64,000 nt of DNA from Chrysomallon squamiferum (GCA_012295275.1 CM022677.1:6262001-6326000), one strand, 5' to 3'; positions 1 through 15,403 are shown, numbered from the stretch's first letter. The notes: a model not told the origin generated them from the sequence alone. Program-made: numbers and translations.

Positions 1-282
1 TAGATTGGGCTTCCAGATTAGCGTGTTTTTATAAACAACAGTAGAATTATATTAGAATATCGAGAACGCTTCCATACTAATGCGATTTTTATTAACAGAA
101 CTTGTTTCACAGAACAGCTAAGTAGGAGTCATTTTACACGGCGTTATGAAAATAAGTCATCAGTATTTTATGTTTTTAACAGAGGCGTAGCGGTAATATT
201 ATATATTGAAAACACAGTGTATTGATAAATAGAGGTATTATTGTTTTTAATTAACAATATTAGATAATTTTATTTTGCATAA

Positions 283-326
<44 letters not shown>

Positions 327-1744
327 AAGCTTAATTTTTCATTAACAGGTATAACGTATCTAACAAGTTCAATAATGAATCAACGTTTAATAATGCGAAT
401 AATTCTTTTTTTTAATTTTTTTTATTAAGATAGTAGAATTGCAGTTGAGAGGTGAGAGGCTAGATTAAGATGAATTAACTTCACCATGTTATTGATATTT
501 GCAAGTGCATCTTTCTTAAATACTAGAAAAGTTTAGAATATAGAGAAACATTAATAGATGTTTTTATTATTAAAAGTAAAGTGAAAAGGCGAGGATGCGC
601 GAGATGAATCTTGTTTATTATAACACAAGTTCTGTAAATATACTGCGCTGTTACAGATTAATTCTTAATTAACTGTAGAAAGTGATATTCTATTATCTCC
701 CCTAAAAATTAAATTGAAAATTAGACAATTAATATTCAACTAGATATAATCTAGAGAGCTATATGTAAATGTAAAATATTACGGTTCTTTCGCTGAATTT
801 AAATGTATTAGTATAAACAGGTCTGGTTGAAGCAAATAAACTGTAAATATTGTCGTTCAGTTCCATTATATATGGTAAACAGCGTTCATCATAATAACAA
901 CAACATTTTTTTTTCATTACTGCAATACAAAGGAAATTTCAGTTGCCGTTTACAGGGACAAATAAATACATAAATACATTTATTAATGTTAATATTAATA
1001 TTTAAGATCCTTCAGTATTTTAGGCATACACAGAACCTCTCCCAGTGAGATAAAATATCATCGCTGCTTTATTATCAATGTTTTCTGCAGTGTTTATCAT
1101 TTGTTTTACTGAGGTTTTAATTACAGCGACACCTGCACTTATCACTGTAATCTGAAAGTTAGATAGGTAGGTGGATAGATAGATAGACAGACAAATAGAT
1201 GGAGAGTGAGACACACATACAGACACACAGACAGATAGAAAAACCCAAAACTGAACTGAATAATTAAAATGACGAATAAAAGAAAAGTTGTGAAAAGCGA
1301 GGTTAATGTGATATTATATAATAATGCATGTACAAACATTTTCTTACAAGTTCATTTGCCTATGAAATGTAAAATGTCTATCTATCTCTATGTCTATCAA
1401 TGTATCTATCTGTCTGTTATTTAACTATATACATAAACACCCTCTCACTGATATGAAATCCTGTATATAACTATCCTCTAAGGCAAACACGTATACCAAA
1501 CTATTTCTTTTCTATGTGTGTGCTGTGTCTGTGTGTGTGTGTCTATCTCTCTATCTGTTTATTTGTTGATAATTGTTTCTTTCTTTATAATGACTGTATA
1601 CTGACATAACGATATTAACGATAAAAACAACAACACTAATTGCAATAATACTAATTAAAATCATTAGTCCTAATCATAATACAAGTCAAATTGAAAACTT
1701 CAATAAACTAAACTCCTTGACAAACATCACACAAGAATACAATG

Positions 1745-2020
1745 CCTCGGCATACCTCATCCTTTTGATTTTATTGCCCCAAGTGGTGGAGTAAAATACA
1801 AAGCATATTTCTTGCCTAATTACCACATATTAATCAAGTTTCTTCTGCTGAACTTAAAAACCGATTATATGTTTACCTGTTATAATTTATCACTAACCTT
1901 ATGTCTATAGGACTAAAAAATAACAATCACTTTTGAAACCTCAAAATGCAGTATAGCGACTGCAAGTCATAATATACCTCGGAGGCCCGAATTGCCCCGA
2001 GGCCCGAATTACCCCAACTA
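1745..2020 (-). mobile_element. Possible Tc1/pogo-like DNA transposon or MITE end remnant inserted in duplication copy A
   Basis: Segment absent from copy B. It ends in a GC-rich direct repeat gaggcccgaatt(g/a)ccc x2 followed by 'ta' (1982-2020); the reverse complement TA-gttggggtaattcggg resembles pogo-type termini. The other end was not located. Confidence 0.3.
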
Positions 2021-2619
2021 AAAATAATTTTAGTGAATTTAGTAAATTCAGTGAATGATCTATATTCATGCGACATGAATTTTTTATTTTTTTTTTTTTT
2101 TTTTATTATTCTTTTTTTTTTAAATTTTACCCAGCACTCAGTCTTTTTTGTTATTTACCAACGTGCGTGTTAAATAGAGTTATTTCTCTTAGACCACGAA
2201 CTTCTGAAATAGATTACTCCTCGCATATGCAAGGTCACGGTAAATTAGATTTGTTGCTTTTAGATGAAAATAAACAATTCTGTATAATGTTTTGTAGCAG
2301 ACACAACCAGCTTATTCACATTCTCTGCGTTTTCTTTGTGTTTTAACAAACCAGTTTCCAGTATTTTTGGTTTATTTAACGTGATATTATGATTTGATGA
2401 ATTATTGTAAAATTGCTATTTCGTTTAATTTTTTTCATTTAATTTTTTTAATTTATTTTATTTATTTATTTCATTTATTTTAGTTGAAAAAATAGTTAGG
2501 AAAGGCGCAAGAGATCACGGTTTTGTAATATGAACAACCATCTTTATCAGTGTAAATCATAAAAAGTTCAGAAAGTAGACATAAAATAATGTATTTGGAA
2601 GTTTAAAAACTTCCTTGAC

Positions 2620-2720
2620 CTCACGGAAACTTCCGATTGAAATCCAAGATGGCAACAACGAACGCCGATCAATATTTACACACTTTTAAACATGTAGACC
2701 TTTATAGCAATAATTCTACA
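2620..2720 (+). promoter_or_regulatory. Promoter/first-exon-like module: inverted ETS pair plus YY1-type AAGATGGC (copy A)
   Basis: CGGAAACTTCCG at 2624-2635 and aagATGgc at 2646-2653; conserved in copy B (22544-22575). Confidence 0.4.
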
Positions 2721-5029
2721 TAGATCATTAAAAGTAATTTGGAGAAGTGTGTCATATAACCAGTGCCTCTTATACATAGATGGCTAATACTCTGTAGTAA
2801 TTGCTGAAAACGTTGTAACATTTATTTTTTTATTCGTTTATTTTTTCTGACGTTGAGGTAATATACCATTTCGTACTATTTTTTTTTTTCCACTTTTTAT
2901 TACGACATCGTCAGCCAAAAAAATATAATAATAAAATTTAAAAATTTAAAAAATAAGTAAATGAATAAATAAAATAAAATAATTGAAATAAAATAAATTA
3001 AAATGAAATAAATAATTTTTACTAACGCTGGTTGGAGGGATGGATCTATCCATATAGATACACACACATACAGACACACATATATACATACACATACACG
3101 TGTATAGGAATGATAATGTATTTGTATGTTTAGAAGATGATTAGTATGTATATGTATATAAAAGGATAAGTAACTACATATGTGTGTGTGTGTGTGTAAG
3201 AAAGGGAAGATAGGTGGTAGATGATAACAGACAGGTAAATTGATAGACAGAAGAAAGGTAGATAGATTACTAGAAAGATAGATAGATGAGGAGGCATGAG
3301 TATATACCTGTACATCTGTAAGAACGACTGACTGTGTTGGTTATGTATATGGCATAAATAGATAGATAAATAAATATATTTACAGACAGATAACTAGATA
3401 GAAAGAGTGTATTTAAATACTTAAAAAGGATGTAAATAGAGAGTGTATACGAACGTGTGTGTGTTTGTGCGTGTGTGTTTGTGTGAGTGCAAGATAGACT
3501 TTGGCTATGTGTAACTGAGAAGATGAGATAGATTGATTATAGAGATAGTAAGACATCGCTTCAGAGATAGATTGATATGTTAGGTAGACAATAATTAGGT
3601 ACATATATAGATATATATATATAGCTAACACAGACAAACTGATGAGTATGTGTATGATAAATATATGTGTTAGAGAGAATGGGTATATAAATGGGTGTCA
3701 AAGATAGTGTGCTTTTTGTGGATTTTTGAGAGAGTCAGATGACTGATAGAGAGATAATAGATTAAATATAAATAAATAAATACATGAGTGAATAGATTTA
3801 TGTGTATATATATATATGTATATATATATATATGTGTGTGCTGGAGAGGGTAGATATAGATGGATGGCTGGACACACACACAAACACATAAATAGATACA
3901 TAGATACATAGATTCATAATCATGAGTATTTGTATTTATGTTAGAGGATTGGTATATAACTGAATTTATGAATAAGAGTATGTTTATATGGGTGTTAGAT
4001 TGCAGTTAGATAGCGAGACTGAGAGAGACTGACATGTAGGCGTGGTTATATGTGTTTGTGTGTTAGAGAGAGAACAGGTATTGACCTCTGTATGAAACAG
4101 AGAAGTGAGTATTATTTTTCAGAGAATGAGAGATAATTATATAAATAAATATAGATATAGCTTAATATATAAACTGTGTGATGAGGAATATGTGGAGTTA
4201 GGAGGGAGGCATGACTGGAAGTACCAATAAATTGTTAATGAGAGATTAGTGATTTCTGGCATTGTTTATGAAGAGAACATTAATCTGGAAATCTAGTCTC
4301 TGTTTATCTACACTGAAAGCATAGTCTTCATCTGCTGATTAGAAGGTAAATATGATAAGATAAGAAATGTTTATAATATTTTCTGTTAAATAGCACATTA
4401 AACACAGAACCTATAATACTTAATTACACTTAAACATCTGGTAAAATAAAATAATCCATCTAATTAGAGTAATCTGGAGAGTGACAGAGAGAGTAAGAAA
4501 GCCAGAGTGAAATATTTTTATGTCATAACTTATTCTTAAGTACATACACTTCTGTCTCTACTCTGTTGGTCTGTCTGTCTAACTGTATATAGAAAAGTAA
4601 TGACACTGTATTCGAAATTAGAAAAAAGTAGCAATACCCTAAATATAGATCGCTAAGATATACGGAGCGGCTAACCACACGAGATTTCTGTCTTCTCAGA
4701 TGAATAAAATCTGATATCATTTCTGAAATGAGTTTGAACACTTCAAAATAATAAATAAATAGTACAAATTAAAATGTATAAACTATAGATAATTATGTAA
4801 TAATGTAGATTTTAAATACAAAATCTGTGCTCAACCTGATTGTATGAAAGAGGAAAACAACACCACTTTTTAATTTAGAAAAATATTAATCTTTACAAAT
4901 GTAAAAATATATATCGTACATTGAATATATATGTATATATTCTAAAACAGTTCTGAATTATTGTTACTGTTATGTAAATATAAGTTCATAAATGCAACAC
5001 TGAGAGGAAAAAACTTCTTTTATCACCAC

Positions 5030-6830
5030 CACTGATCAAGATATAAATGACTGGCATGATTTACATGTTCATGATGTTTCGTGTTTGAAACGTTTTGTCA
5101 ACTTTTGTGTTCATCAGTTGTTTTTGCCAGTTCATGCTTTGAGCTGCTTTTCGCTTCCAGTCAGCTCCAGGTCGTGATTTTCACGTGGCCCGCTACACAC
5201 GGGAAGAGGGTGGAGCCCATGGACGTCGGTGTCCTTGCATTGGACGTGAACGATCGGGAGAACCAAAGAAATCCACCTGTACAAGAAGAAAAGAAAACTG
5301 TTTATTTATTATATAATGTTATCTTTACTTCATTCGCAGTGTGGCTGTGTCTAATATGAAAGTAGGGAATATTTGCGAAAAATAATAATGTTTCAACATA
5401 TTTTATTCTGATACTTTATACTCAGGTTGTATCCATGGGTTCCCCGAATGGGTCAACCTCCATTGGTTGAATGTCTCTGTCGTCGAATGGGTCAACCTCC
5501 ATTGGTTGAATGTCTCTGTCGTCGAAGGGGTCGACGTCCATGGGTTCTTCGAAACGGATTCTGAAAATAAAAGAACTCTTCAAATATTTTATAGAAACCA
5601 TTCACTAAATATTTTTAGACGTGAATCATTAATAAAATAATAGTTGTCAGATTATGAGATTTTGTTACACTCCTTTATTCTTTTTAAAAAAAAACATTCG
5701 AAACACTATCTGTAATTGATTGTTGGTATTTTTATGTAAAAATAAAAAAAAATTGACAAGGGTATATTAACAATATAAGAAACAGGAATCATAGCATTAG
5801 AGGTTAGAAAGTAATTCATAGACACAGTTTTCAGTTATCGTTGCTTATCTAATCTAAAAATAATCTAGCACAACCTCACTGTGAATAAAACAATATGTCC
5901 AGTTTGGACTTAAATATGTTAATAATATAAAAATTAAACCCACACAAATGTAACCTTCATCACTTGCAGATGCAATTCAATATACAAAGTAAAAAAGAAG
6001 GAAAGTAGAGTCAGGACTAACTCGAATGCGCTAATCTTCAATATCGCCAACTGTATCTATGTAAACAAACCACTGATGACGTCATAGACCCAAACGTAAA
6101 AACGAAGTTAGCCGAATATTAATTTTTATTTTCAACTCCAATCGATATAAAAATAAACATTATAAAACACCGAGTGTACGCTTAGTATAAATTCTGATTT
6201 GTAAGCACGAAATCTTCAGTGATTTAAATTTTATTAGAATTTATTTTTTTAACTATTGTCATCAATAATAATTTTATTTTTATTTTCGAAGTAATTCGTG
6301 TTATTTTATGTATGTCTACCGCAAAGATATGTCTTGCTATTGAAACCGAAACAAAACCAAGAACCGAGATTTCCGATTATTGTAATAAATTAATCTAAAT
6401 TTCAATGATTATATTTACTGATCACCATGTTCACATTCTTCACGTTTATGATGTTTCGTAAATAACATTGTGTTTTAATAATTATTATCAGTTTTATATT
6501 CATCTTTTTTGTTTGTTTTATAAGTTTGTGGTTTGAGCTGCTTTTCGCATCATGTCAACTGTCATGTCGTTCTTGTTGGACCACTACACACGGGAAGACG
6601 GTTTTGCCCATGAACACCCATGGAGGTGACCCATCCGTAGAAAGAAAGAACATGTTTACTTACTTATAATTATTTCACTAGCTGTTGCTAGTATAGCTAC
6701 GTTTGATATAAATGTAGATAATATTGTGAAATATAAATAATCTTCTTTATTTATATATCTTTCATTCGTCTTTCATATCAGGATGTATCCAAGGTTTCTG
6801 TTTGCTACTGAAAATAAGGCAAATTTCTTG
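5030..6830. repeat. Diverged tandem duplication (5030-5590 vs 6415-6830) of a two-exon module
   Basis: Shared tttgagctgcttttcgc, ctacacacgggaaga, tgtatcca..gg and ctgaaaataa, plus similar intervening intron sequence. Confidence 0.75.
5422..5560 (-). CDS. Terminal coding exon of a small acidic protein with tandem PM[D/E]VD motifs
   Basis: Acceptor ttattttcag at 5561. Reads IRFEEPMDVDPFDDRDIQPMEVDPFDDRDIQPMEVDPFGEPMDTT*, with TGA directly followed by a GT donor. Contains a 39-bp (13-codon) internal repeat. The paralogous exon at about 6778-6810 ends ETLDTS* at the same position. Upstream exons were not found. Confidence 0.5.
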
Positions 6831-6883
6831 GCTCAGCTAAAACTATCATCATTAAATTATGCAGTTGTGAGAGCAGAAACAAG

Positions 6884-6952
<69 letters not shown>

Positions 6953-8190
6953 CCTTATCACAATTATTTCAGGCTGAATGTTTGTTTTGATCTAAGCCAT
7001 GGATTTTACGATATATACAAAATTGAATTTGTTAATGTGGAGGTGATATATGTTTGAAATAAATATCTAAGAAAACACTCTTAATAATCAGAGCTATTTG
7101 CTGTGGAAGATCTATGAGGCTGATAAAAGGCCAGTTTGAATACATTCATTCATACAGAAAGTTAAAAATTTCGTAGTGTGGGTTTTCAAAATTAAATACT
7201 ACTACAAATAATTTTATAATGTCTTGAACATTTTAATATACAATTGTTAAAAATAACAATAAATATTTATGATAAAGTAACAATAACTAATAAGAATAGC
7301 AATAACAGTAATAAAAATAATATAATAGTTTTAATATTATCATTATTCATTATCATTTCTTAATTACAATAAAAAGAAAAGTTTTAAAAACGCAAATGTG
7401 CTCCGTATGAAACTAGCAGAGAAAGACAACAGTAGAAACTGTAGATAAATGGCTATAAGAGATAAACTGTTTTATTTGTGTAATAAATGGTAACAGTAAC
7501 ACTAAATTTCAGTCACAATTAACAGATAAACAAAGAAACAAGAAGAATAACATGTTAACAGTTGTATAAAACTTTATTGAAATAATTTGTTCATTCGGCA
7601 CAAGTATGAATGACAGATCTTTGAACTGCTAGTTATTATTATAAACAGAAAAAACAAAACAAAGCAAAAAACAACAACAAAAAAGACCAAAAAAAAGCAA
7701 AACAGAAAAAGAAAAACACGAACAAAACCCGCCCAAGAACGTATAGTATACTTATTAACAGAACCTTAAAAACGAACGTTAGCAGAACACAATTATTTAT
7801 AATACATTTATTTTTTTTTATAACCTTATAATAACCAGTTTGTATTATCACAATTTGCATAATGTTAATGTTAGTAATGTACATTTCAGTATAACTGTCT
7901 TCATGTTTTTGCATAATGCTAAATATACTGTACTTTATATTAAGGTTTTGGCTCTTAATAATATTGTTTTGATATAATGTTCCTCATAATAATTTTCTAT
8001 AATAGAAATTATATTAATATTTAGCATTTTATTTTAATATTAGCACATGAGCAAAGGATGTTTTATAATGTTCTTCATAAGTATTTTCATCTCATTCATT
8101 AGGCTGACTATATCAATATACCAATACAACTAAAATATCAACTAAATGATCACAGTGTGGATTTCTTTTTATCTTTCTTTGTTGCTGACG

Positions 8191-8510
8191 TCAGACAGAC
8201 GTCTCTGTGGAATTTCTGTTTGATTTCAGATATCTTTGTCTTCTTCTGTCTCTAAATAACTCGTTTTGTGAGGAAGATCTGTCTGCTTTATCTTGATGTC
8301 TCTCTGTGTTTCCAACATTAGAAACAGTGTCTGGGATATTTGGCATAGTATTTGCAGAACAAGGGACACTGTTTGTGGCATGTTGCATTGTATTAGTGGT
8401 ATGTGGACTAGTATTTGTAATATTTGTGTTTGTGGTATATGGTGTGCTATGAGGGGCAGTTTCAGAATAAGGAGGAGGTAACTCGTTTTGATCTGATGAC
8501 AAAGTCAAAT
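8191..8510 (-). pseudogene. CUB receptor last exon: cytoplasmic tail with LPPPYSE motif
   Basis: Acceptor ttggcag at 8511; DLTLSSDQNELPPPYSETAPH...TETSV*. Confidence 0.75.
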
Positions 8511-8968
8511 CTGCCAACAGAAAATGAAACAAAAGAAAACATAAATGTGGCAATTTTCAATGAAAATAACAATCATTAACATTGTTTATATCGTGTTTAA
8601 TTATTTTTATACCTTTTTACACATTTATAGACAATGTAGTAAACTGCCAGTGACTCATTTCATACTGATAAGAATAAATTAACACACACACACACACACA
8701 CACATACACACACACACTAGATACTTGTAAAGGAAAGCACTCAACATCACACATTATTATTATTATTATTATTATTAGTATGAAATTACATATCTATTTC
8801 TTTTGTAATGTTAACGATTAATCATTTGCTATTCACTATTTTACATAAAATTATTATTAAATTATAATGTATTAAAATTTAAGTTTAATAACAATACATT
8901 AATTTCAGAGAACACATAACAAATATCTTATTATAAACACATAATAATAGAAAAACAAATCTGCGTAC

Positions 8969-9219
8969 CTTATTGAAAGCTGTCATTAGGGAGACCAGGG
9001 TAGGGGGAAGGTGCCCCAGATCAACCTGGTCAGTGCAATCAATAACACAGACAGGAGACATGAAGTAGTCGGTGCTGTCAGTACGGTTGACGTTGTCAAC
9101 GATGCTGTCACGTCATCGTCTGGTTTGTGTGTGGTTTTGCTGGCAACGTGTGACAATAAGTACTGTAACTGTAGCAACGGCAGCTACAACAGCAAAAGTT
9201 CCAATAATACATCCTGTGA
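8969..9219 (-). pseudogene. CUB receptor transmembrane exon
   Basis: TGCIIGTFAVVAAVATVTVLIVTRCQQNHTQTRR*RDS...; premature TGA (likely from CGA) at 9113-9115; a frameshifted PPYP motif near the 3' end. Confidence 0.75.
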
Positions 9220-9275
9220 CTAATCAAATGAAATAGCTGTTTTCTTTATGGGCAGTAGAAGAAAAAACAAATAAA

Positions 9276-9306
<31 letters not shown>

Positions 9307-9912
9307 TAGTAATAATAATAATAATAAATAACATCAACAACATCAACAACAACAACTACAACAACAACAACAGCAACAACAATAATAATAATAATAATAA
9401 AATAACAAACAAACAAATATAAATAATTTTATCTTTTTTATTCTGTAAGAATACTTGCCATATTTTATCAGGTTTATGATTATTAAATATTTACAGGTCA
9501 TAATATTCTGCTTAAAGCTTGTTATAGTGTTGTCTGGAAAAACAGCTGATTATTGTGTACACTGTGGTGTTATGACTCCAGAGAAAATGGCGGCATTTAA
9601 ATGTTTTTGTACCAGTATATCATTATATTGTCATACTTTGTTATATTATGAATGATGATGAGTTGCCCTAAACAGTGACATAATAATAGAAATTTATATT
9701 TTTTTTTTTTATTAACTTCACCACCTGGTATATTTAAAATATAACATATATATTTTATTATATGATATATTATTAGTACATTATCCTTTTGAAAGTAATG
9801 TTCTTGAAAAACTTTACAATCTTTAAATCAATTCAGTTGTCAACAATTCTTGATAAATAGGTAAATAATTAAAATAATTAATAAATTAAAAAAATTAATG
9901 AATAAATTCAAC

Positions 9913-10980
9913 TGCTATCTGGACAGCCTGATACATTATTTTGAAACCATTTTCACTGGTGGAGCTATCTGAGAAAAAACTCAGAAACATGTGTTGTTGG
10001 GTGCTCTGAAACTGTGGAGTGGAAGTACCACAGAATGACCCAAGCTTGACTGCAGATGCTGAAAAACAAATACTTAATGACAGTGAGTAAGTAAGACAGA
10101 CAGAGAAAAATGACTTTGCTAATTGACTTTAGAAAGAAAGATGTAATGAGAAAATAAGTCAAAGAGAGAGAGGGATAAACAGCAAATAACTGTGTGTGTG
10201 TGAGTGTGTGAGTGGTTGACTGACAGATTTTGTCACCTATGTTATTAGGGTTTTTTTCAGAATGTAAATTGGTGGGGTTAAGCAGGGGGACAATGTTCAG
10301 CTACTTTTTAGTTTCAGTTATTGTCTGATTTCTGTTTTCAGAATTGTGTAACTGAAAATGAGGTGACTAAGAGTGTGAAGAAAAAAAAATGAAAATAAAA
10401 TCATTCAGCTCATAGCATCTGCTCCTTTTTTGTCAACTTAACCTTTAACTTACCCCCAGCTCCTATATCCCACTGTGAGCACTGATGTTTTTGAGATATC
10501 ATAACTGTAATACATTTAAGACACAAAGAGAACACATGCAAAATACATTATATAAATAAAATTATGCAAACAAATATTTACCATCTTTGCCGCACACAAT
10601 TACTGCATCAAACGAACAAACACAATATTTTTCCAGTTCTGACTCCATGACAACTAACTTGACAGCCATTGGGAGCTGAGATTAGCCATTTACATTCAAT
10701 ATCACTGTAAACATACATTTATAGCAACTGTAACCATTCTGTGTAACTGTAAATCAAAGTTAAAACAACTGTAAGCATTAATATTTACATTATATTTTTA
10801 CATAAAGTTATACATGTGTACATTTGATATAATCATAAAAAAAAAATGCTGTAAATTATACGTCTAATTATTAATTATGAATTTTAAAGTAAAAACTAAT
10901 TAGTTACCTTGGGTAGTGGTTGGAACAGTTAGGAGAATTAAAATATTTAACTCTGTTTGTTGCATAACAAAATTTGTAAT
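9913..10980 (-). pseudogene. Membrane-proximal CUB domain (3 exons)
   Basis: 10908-10980 YFNSPNCSNHYP; 10582-10704 DIECKWLISAPNG/frameshift/VKLVVMESELE..CSFDAV; 9913-10058 KLGSFCGTSTPQFQSTQQHMFLSFFSDSSTSENGFKIMY. Confidence 0.85.
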
Positions 10981-11580
10981 CTGCAAACAACAGAATGAAA
11001 TAATTAGTGTGACTATTTATTGTTTAAGAAACTATTAAACAAACAAACATAAACATACAATAATATACACATAATATATGTACCTAAATACAGAACAATT
11101 AACCATATATCAACATATAATCTATAAGTGACAAATATACATTAAAGTGTTTCTTTATGTAAACGTTTTTATATATATATTAACAAATACACACTCACAT
11201 AGACAAACACGAACCTATAAAAACACACGTGCATACAGGCACACACACACACACACACACACAGAAGCATAGACACATGGTTATGTGAAATCAATATTAC
11301 ATACGAATGGAACACCAGTTACCCATGACAACTAAATATAAAATAGACCTACTACTAATAACTTTTGTAAACTTTTTAACGCATTACTAACAACACGTAT
11401 AGTTGTTTATTCTTTTATTAAAATATAATGACAAAGTCAGCTCAGTTTTTAATATAAAGTGTTACTGAATGTTGTAAACTATCATTTCAATATGAGTACA
11501 GACTACATGTTAATATTTATGATTAACAAGTTTAAGACTGTCTGTACTTGTCACACAGAGCTAGGTGCTGAATGATGTAC

Positions 11581-12929
<1,349 letters not shown>

Positions 12930-13061
12930 CTGAAATGAAAAAGAAAATTTATATATATATGAAATATATTATTATTGTTGTTGTTGTTGATTCTGGAAAG
13001 GTATAGTTTGCAGTTTTAAAACATTTTCTAATATTACATGTGAAGAGTTTAAACTACTCAC

Positions 13062-13902
13062 TTGACTTTGGAAAGCTGTAGTATTTTATTTTGAAACCTG
13101 GGTAGGTGGTGTTGGAATTACTGTAGAAAGTCAGGAGAAGACCAGACTGAGATCCTTCAAACATCAGTTTGGAATTATTAAGTTTACAAATAGTTGCCAA
13201 CATCCTGCTGCTTGCCGAGTCTCCTGAATAATAAACAAACAAATAAATAAATAAACACTCAACACACACACATACATATATACATATATACATGCAGACA
13301 CATATACATATACACATATGAAGTAGGTACACATGTACACATATATTTATGCATACATCATAAACAGATATATATACTTTTAGAATTTTAATTAATGATT
13401 TACTTTCTTTCTACTAACATAATAATTATGAATCTAGAGCAAGACATCAATATATTATATGTGCTAGAGATGGAATGATTATACTTTTAAGATACAGAAT
13501 ACCAATAATGTAATAATTGAAATATTGTGTATAGCTTTCTGATCATTAATGTCTATATCTGTATAAATCAACAAAATAAAACAATAACACTCACATATAT
13601 ATATCCGTATATTGTTTTAGAGTTTTTGTATGTATCTTAGTTTAGTGTGTGTTTCTGTTTTACTGTATGTTATTTTAGTGTTTTAATTTGAGTGTTTATT
13701 TGGTGTTTATGTATATTTGAGGTATATATTTCAGTTTGTGTTTGAGTTTGGGCTAAATCTTACTGACCATCACATATTCTGAGATAGTATACACACTTTC
13801 CCAAGTGATTTGTCTCTAAGTCGAGACACAGTATGTCCATTCTCAGTCCACAGTAGACAGAGTCTGCTTGTAAGTACCACTCACAGTTCAGACTGCTGCA
13901 AC

Positions 13903-13949
<47 letters not shown>

Positions 13950-13978
13950 TAGCCAGACAGACAGATAGGAAGACAAAA

Positions 13979-14009
<31 letters not shown>

Positions 14010-14924
14010 TTATTATGTTTTTTTTAAGTTATTATTTTCATTTTCTAAACTGCTAAAATAATTTCTGAGTTTATAAACACCAGTTTATGATTCGTAATTG
14101 AATTATGAATTGATTTGAATCAATTTATTTAATTATACAATCATTTAATCATAGTTTAGTCATGTTCATTTTCTCATATAAATGATAACATATATATAAA
14201 TACAAATTTGAATATATATATATACAAAGGCTTGAAAATAAAGAATTATTATAAATTAATTTATGAACTAAAAATAAAGAAGACACTAATAACTAAAAGT
14301 AATTAATTAAAACAAGTAATAAATAAAGTATGACCTGTTTGATCACATACTTTGTTTATAGATAACACTGGTTGTTAGTTAGTGTAGGTAGATGACATAC
14401 TGTGTTTATAGATAACACTGGTTGTTAGTTAGTGTAGGTAGATGACATACTGTGTTTATAGATAACACTGGTTGTTAGTTAGTGTAGGTAGATGACATAC
14501 TTTGTTTATAGATAACACTGGTTGTTAGTGTAGGTAGATCACATACTTTGTTTATAGATAACACTGGTTGTTAGTGTAGGTAGATCACATACTTTGTTTA
14601 TAGATAACACTGGTTGTTAGTTAGTGTAGGTAGATGACATACTTTGTTTATAGATAACACTGGTTGTTAGTTAGTGTATGTAGATGACATACTGTGTTTA
14701 TAGATAACACTGGTTGTTAGTTAGTGTAGGTAGATGACATACTTTGTTTATAGATAACACTGGTTGTTAGTTAGTGTAGGTAGATGACATACTGTGTTTA
14801 TAGATAACACTGGTTGTTAGTTAGTGTAGGTAGATGACATAGTTATATGAGGGGAATCCTGGAGAGGCGAAGGTTTGATGATAGCCAGTTATAGGAGCAT
14901 TCAAATATCTGTTACCACATGTAA
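13062..14924 (-). pseudogene. CUB domain (3 exons)
   Basis: 14843-14924 TCGNRYLNAPITGYHQTFASPGFPSYN; 13768-13895 SLNCEWYLQAD...LDLE..GKCVYYLRICDG; 13062-13223 DSASSRMLATICK...LLLTFYSNSNTTYPGFKIKYY. Confidence 0.85.
14334..14842. repeat. Minisatellite, 50-bp unit, about 10 copies
   Basis: Unit gatgacatact(g/t)tgtttatagataacactggttgttagttagtgtaggta, with two 46-bp variants; abuts CUB exon 14843. Confidence 0.95.
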
Positions 14925-15403
14925 CTGAAAAAGACATTATTAATATTAATATTATTTTTATTATTAATATTATTACTATGATTATTATTATGGTTGTTGT
15001 CATTATTGTTGTTGTTGCTGCTGCTGGTGCTGTTGTTATTGTTGTTGTTGTTGTTGTTGTTATTATTTGTTCTTGTTTATTTTAAATATATATATATATA
15101 TATGTTATTTTTTTATTTTTTTATTTATCTGTTTATCTATTTATTATTAATTAATTAATTAACTTTATATCTCTAATCAAATTAATGAACATTATTGTTT
15201 GGATTTTCACAAAATAAAAAAAATAAAAAAAATAAAAAATGTACGTGTTCTGAGTTCAGATTATTTCCCTTACCTACATCGAAGGCCGCGAGATTGTTCT
15301 TTGTACATTTGTAATTAAACTGCAAGTCAGTTTTCACAGTTACCAGATGACATCTCTTCCATTAGAACTTTCTATTAGCCAGCGACATTTTATATTACTG
15401 AAA

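Larger units (their letters stand above)
13..3032. repeat. Segmental duplication block, copy A (about 3 kb, direct paralogue of 20190-22852)
   Basis: Collinear matches: 13-560 with 20190-20800, 1005-1400 with 20905-21200, 2020-2420 with 21605-22030, 2490-2910 with 22400-22800, and 3015-3032 with 22835-22852. May extend left of the window. Confidence 0.9.

Noticed and set aside
3035-4420. Purine-skewed 1.4-kb region with several short ORFs
   Set aside because: Decayed GATA/GT/TA microsatellite mosaic with no protein-like translation.
5081-5359. Plus-strand 92-aa ORF containing EPMDVG
   Set aside because: GTG start; splice signals and the paralogous copy favour the minus strand; the motif comes from a 13-nt inverted repeat.
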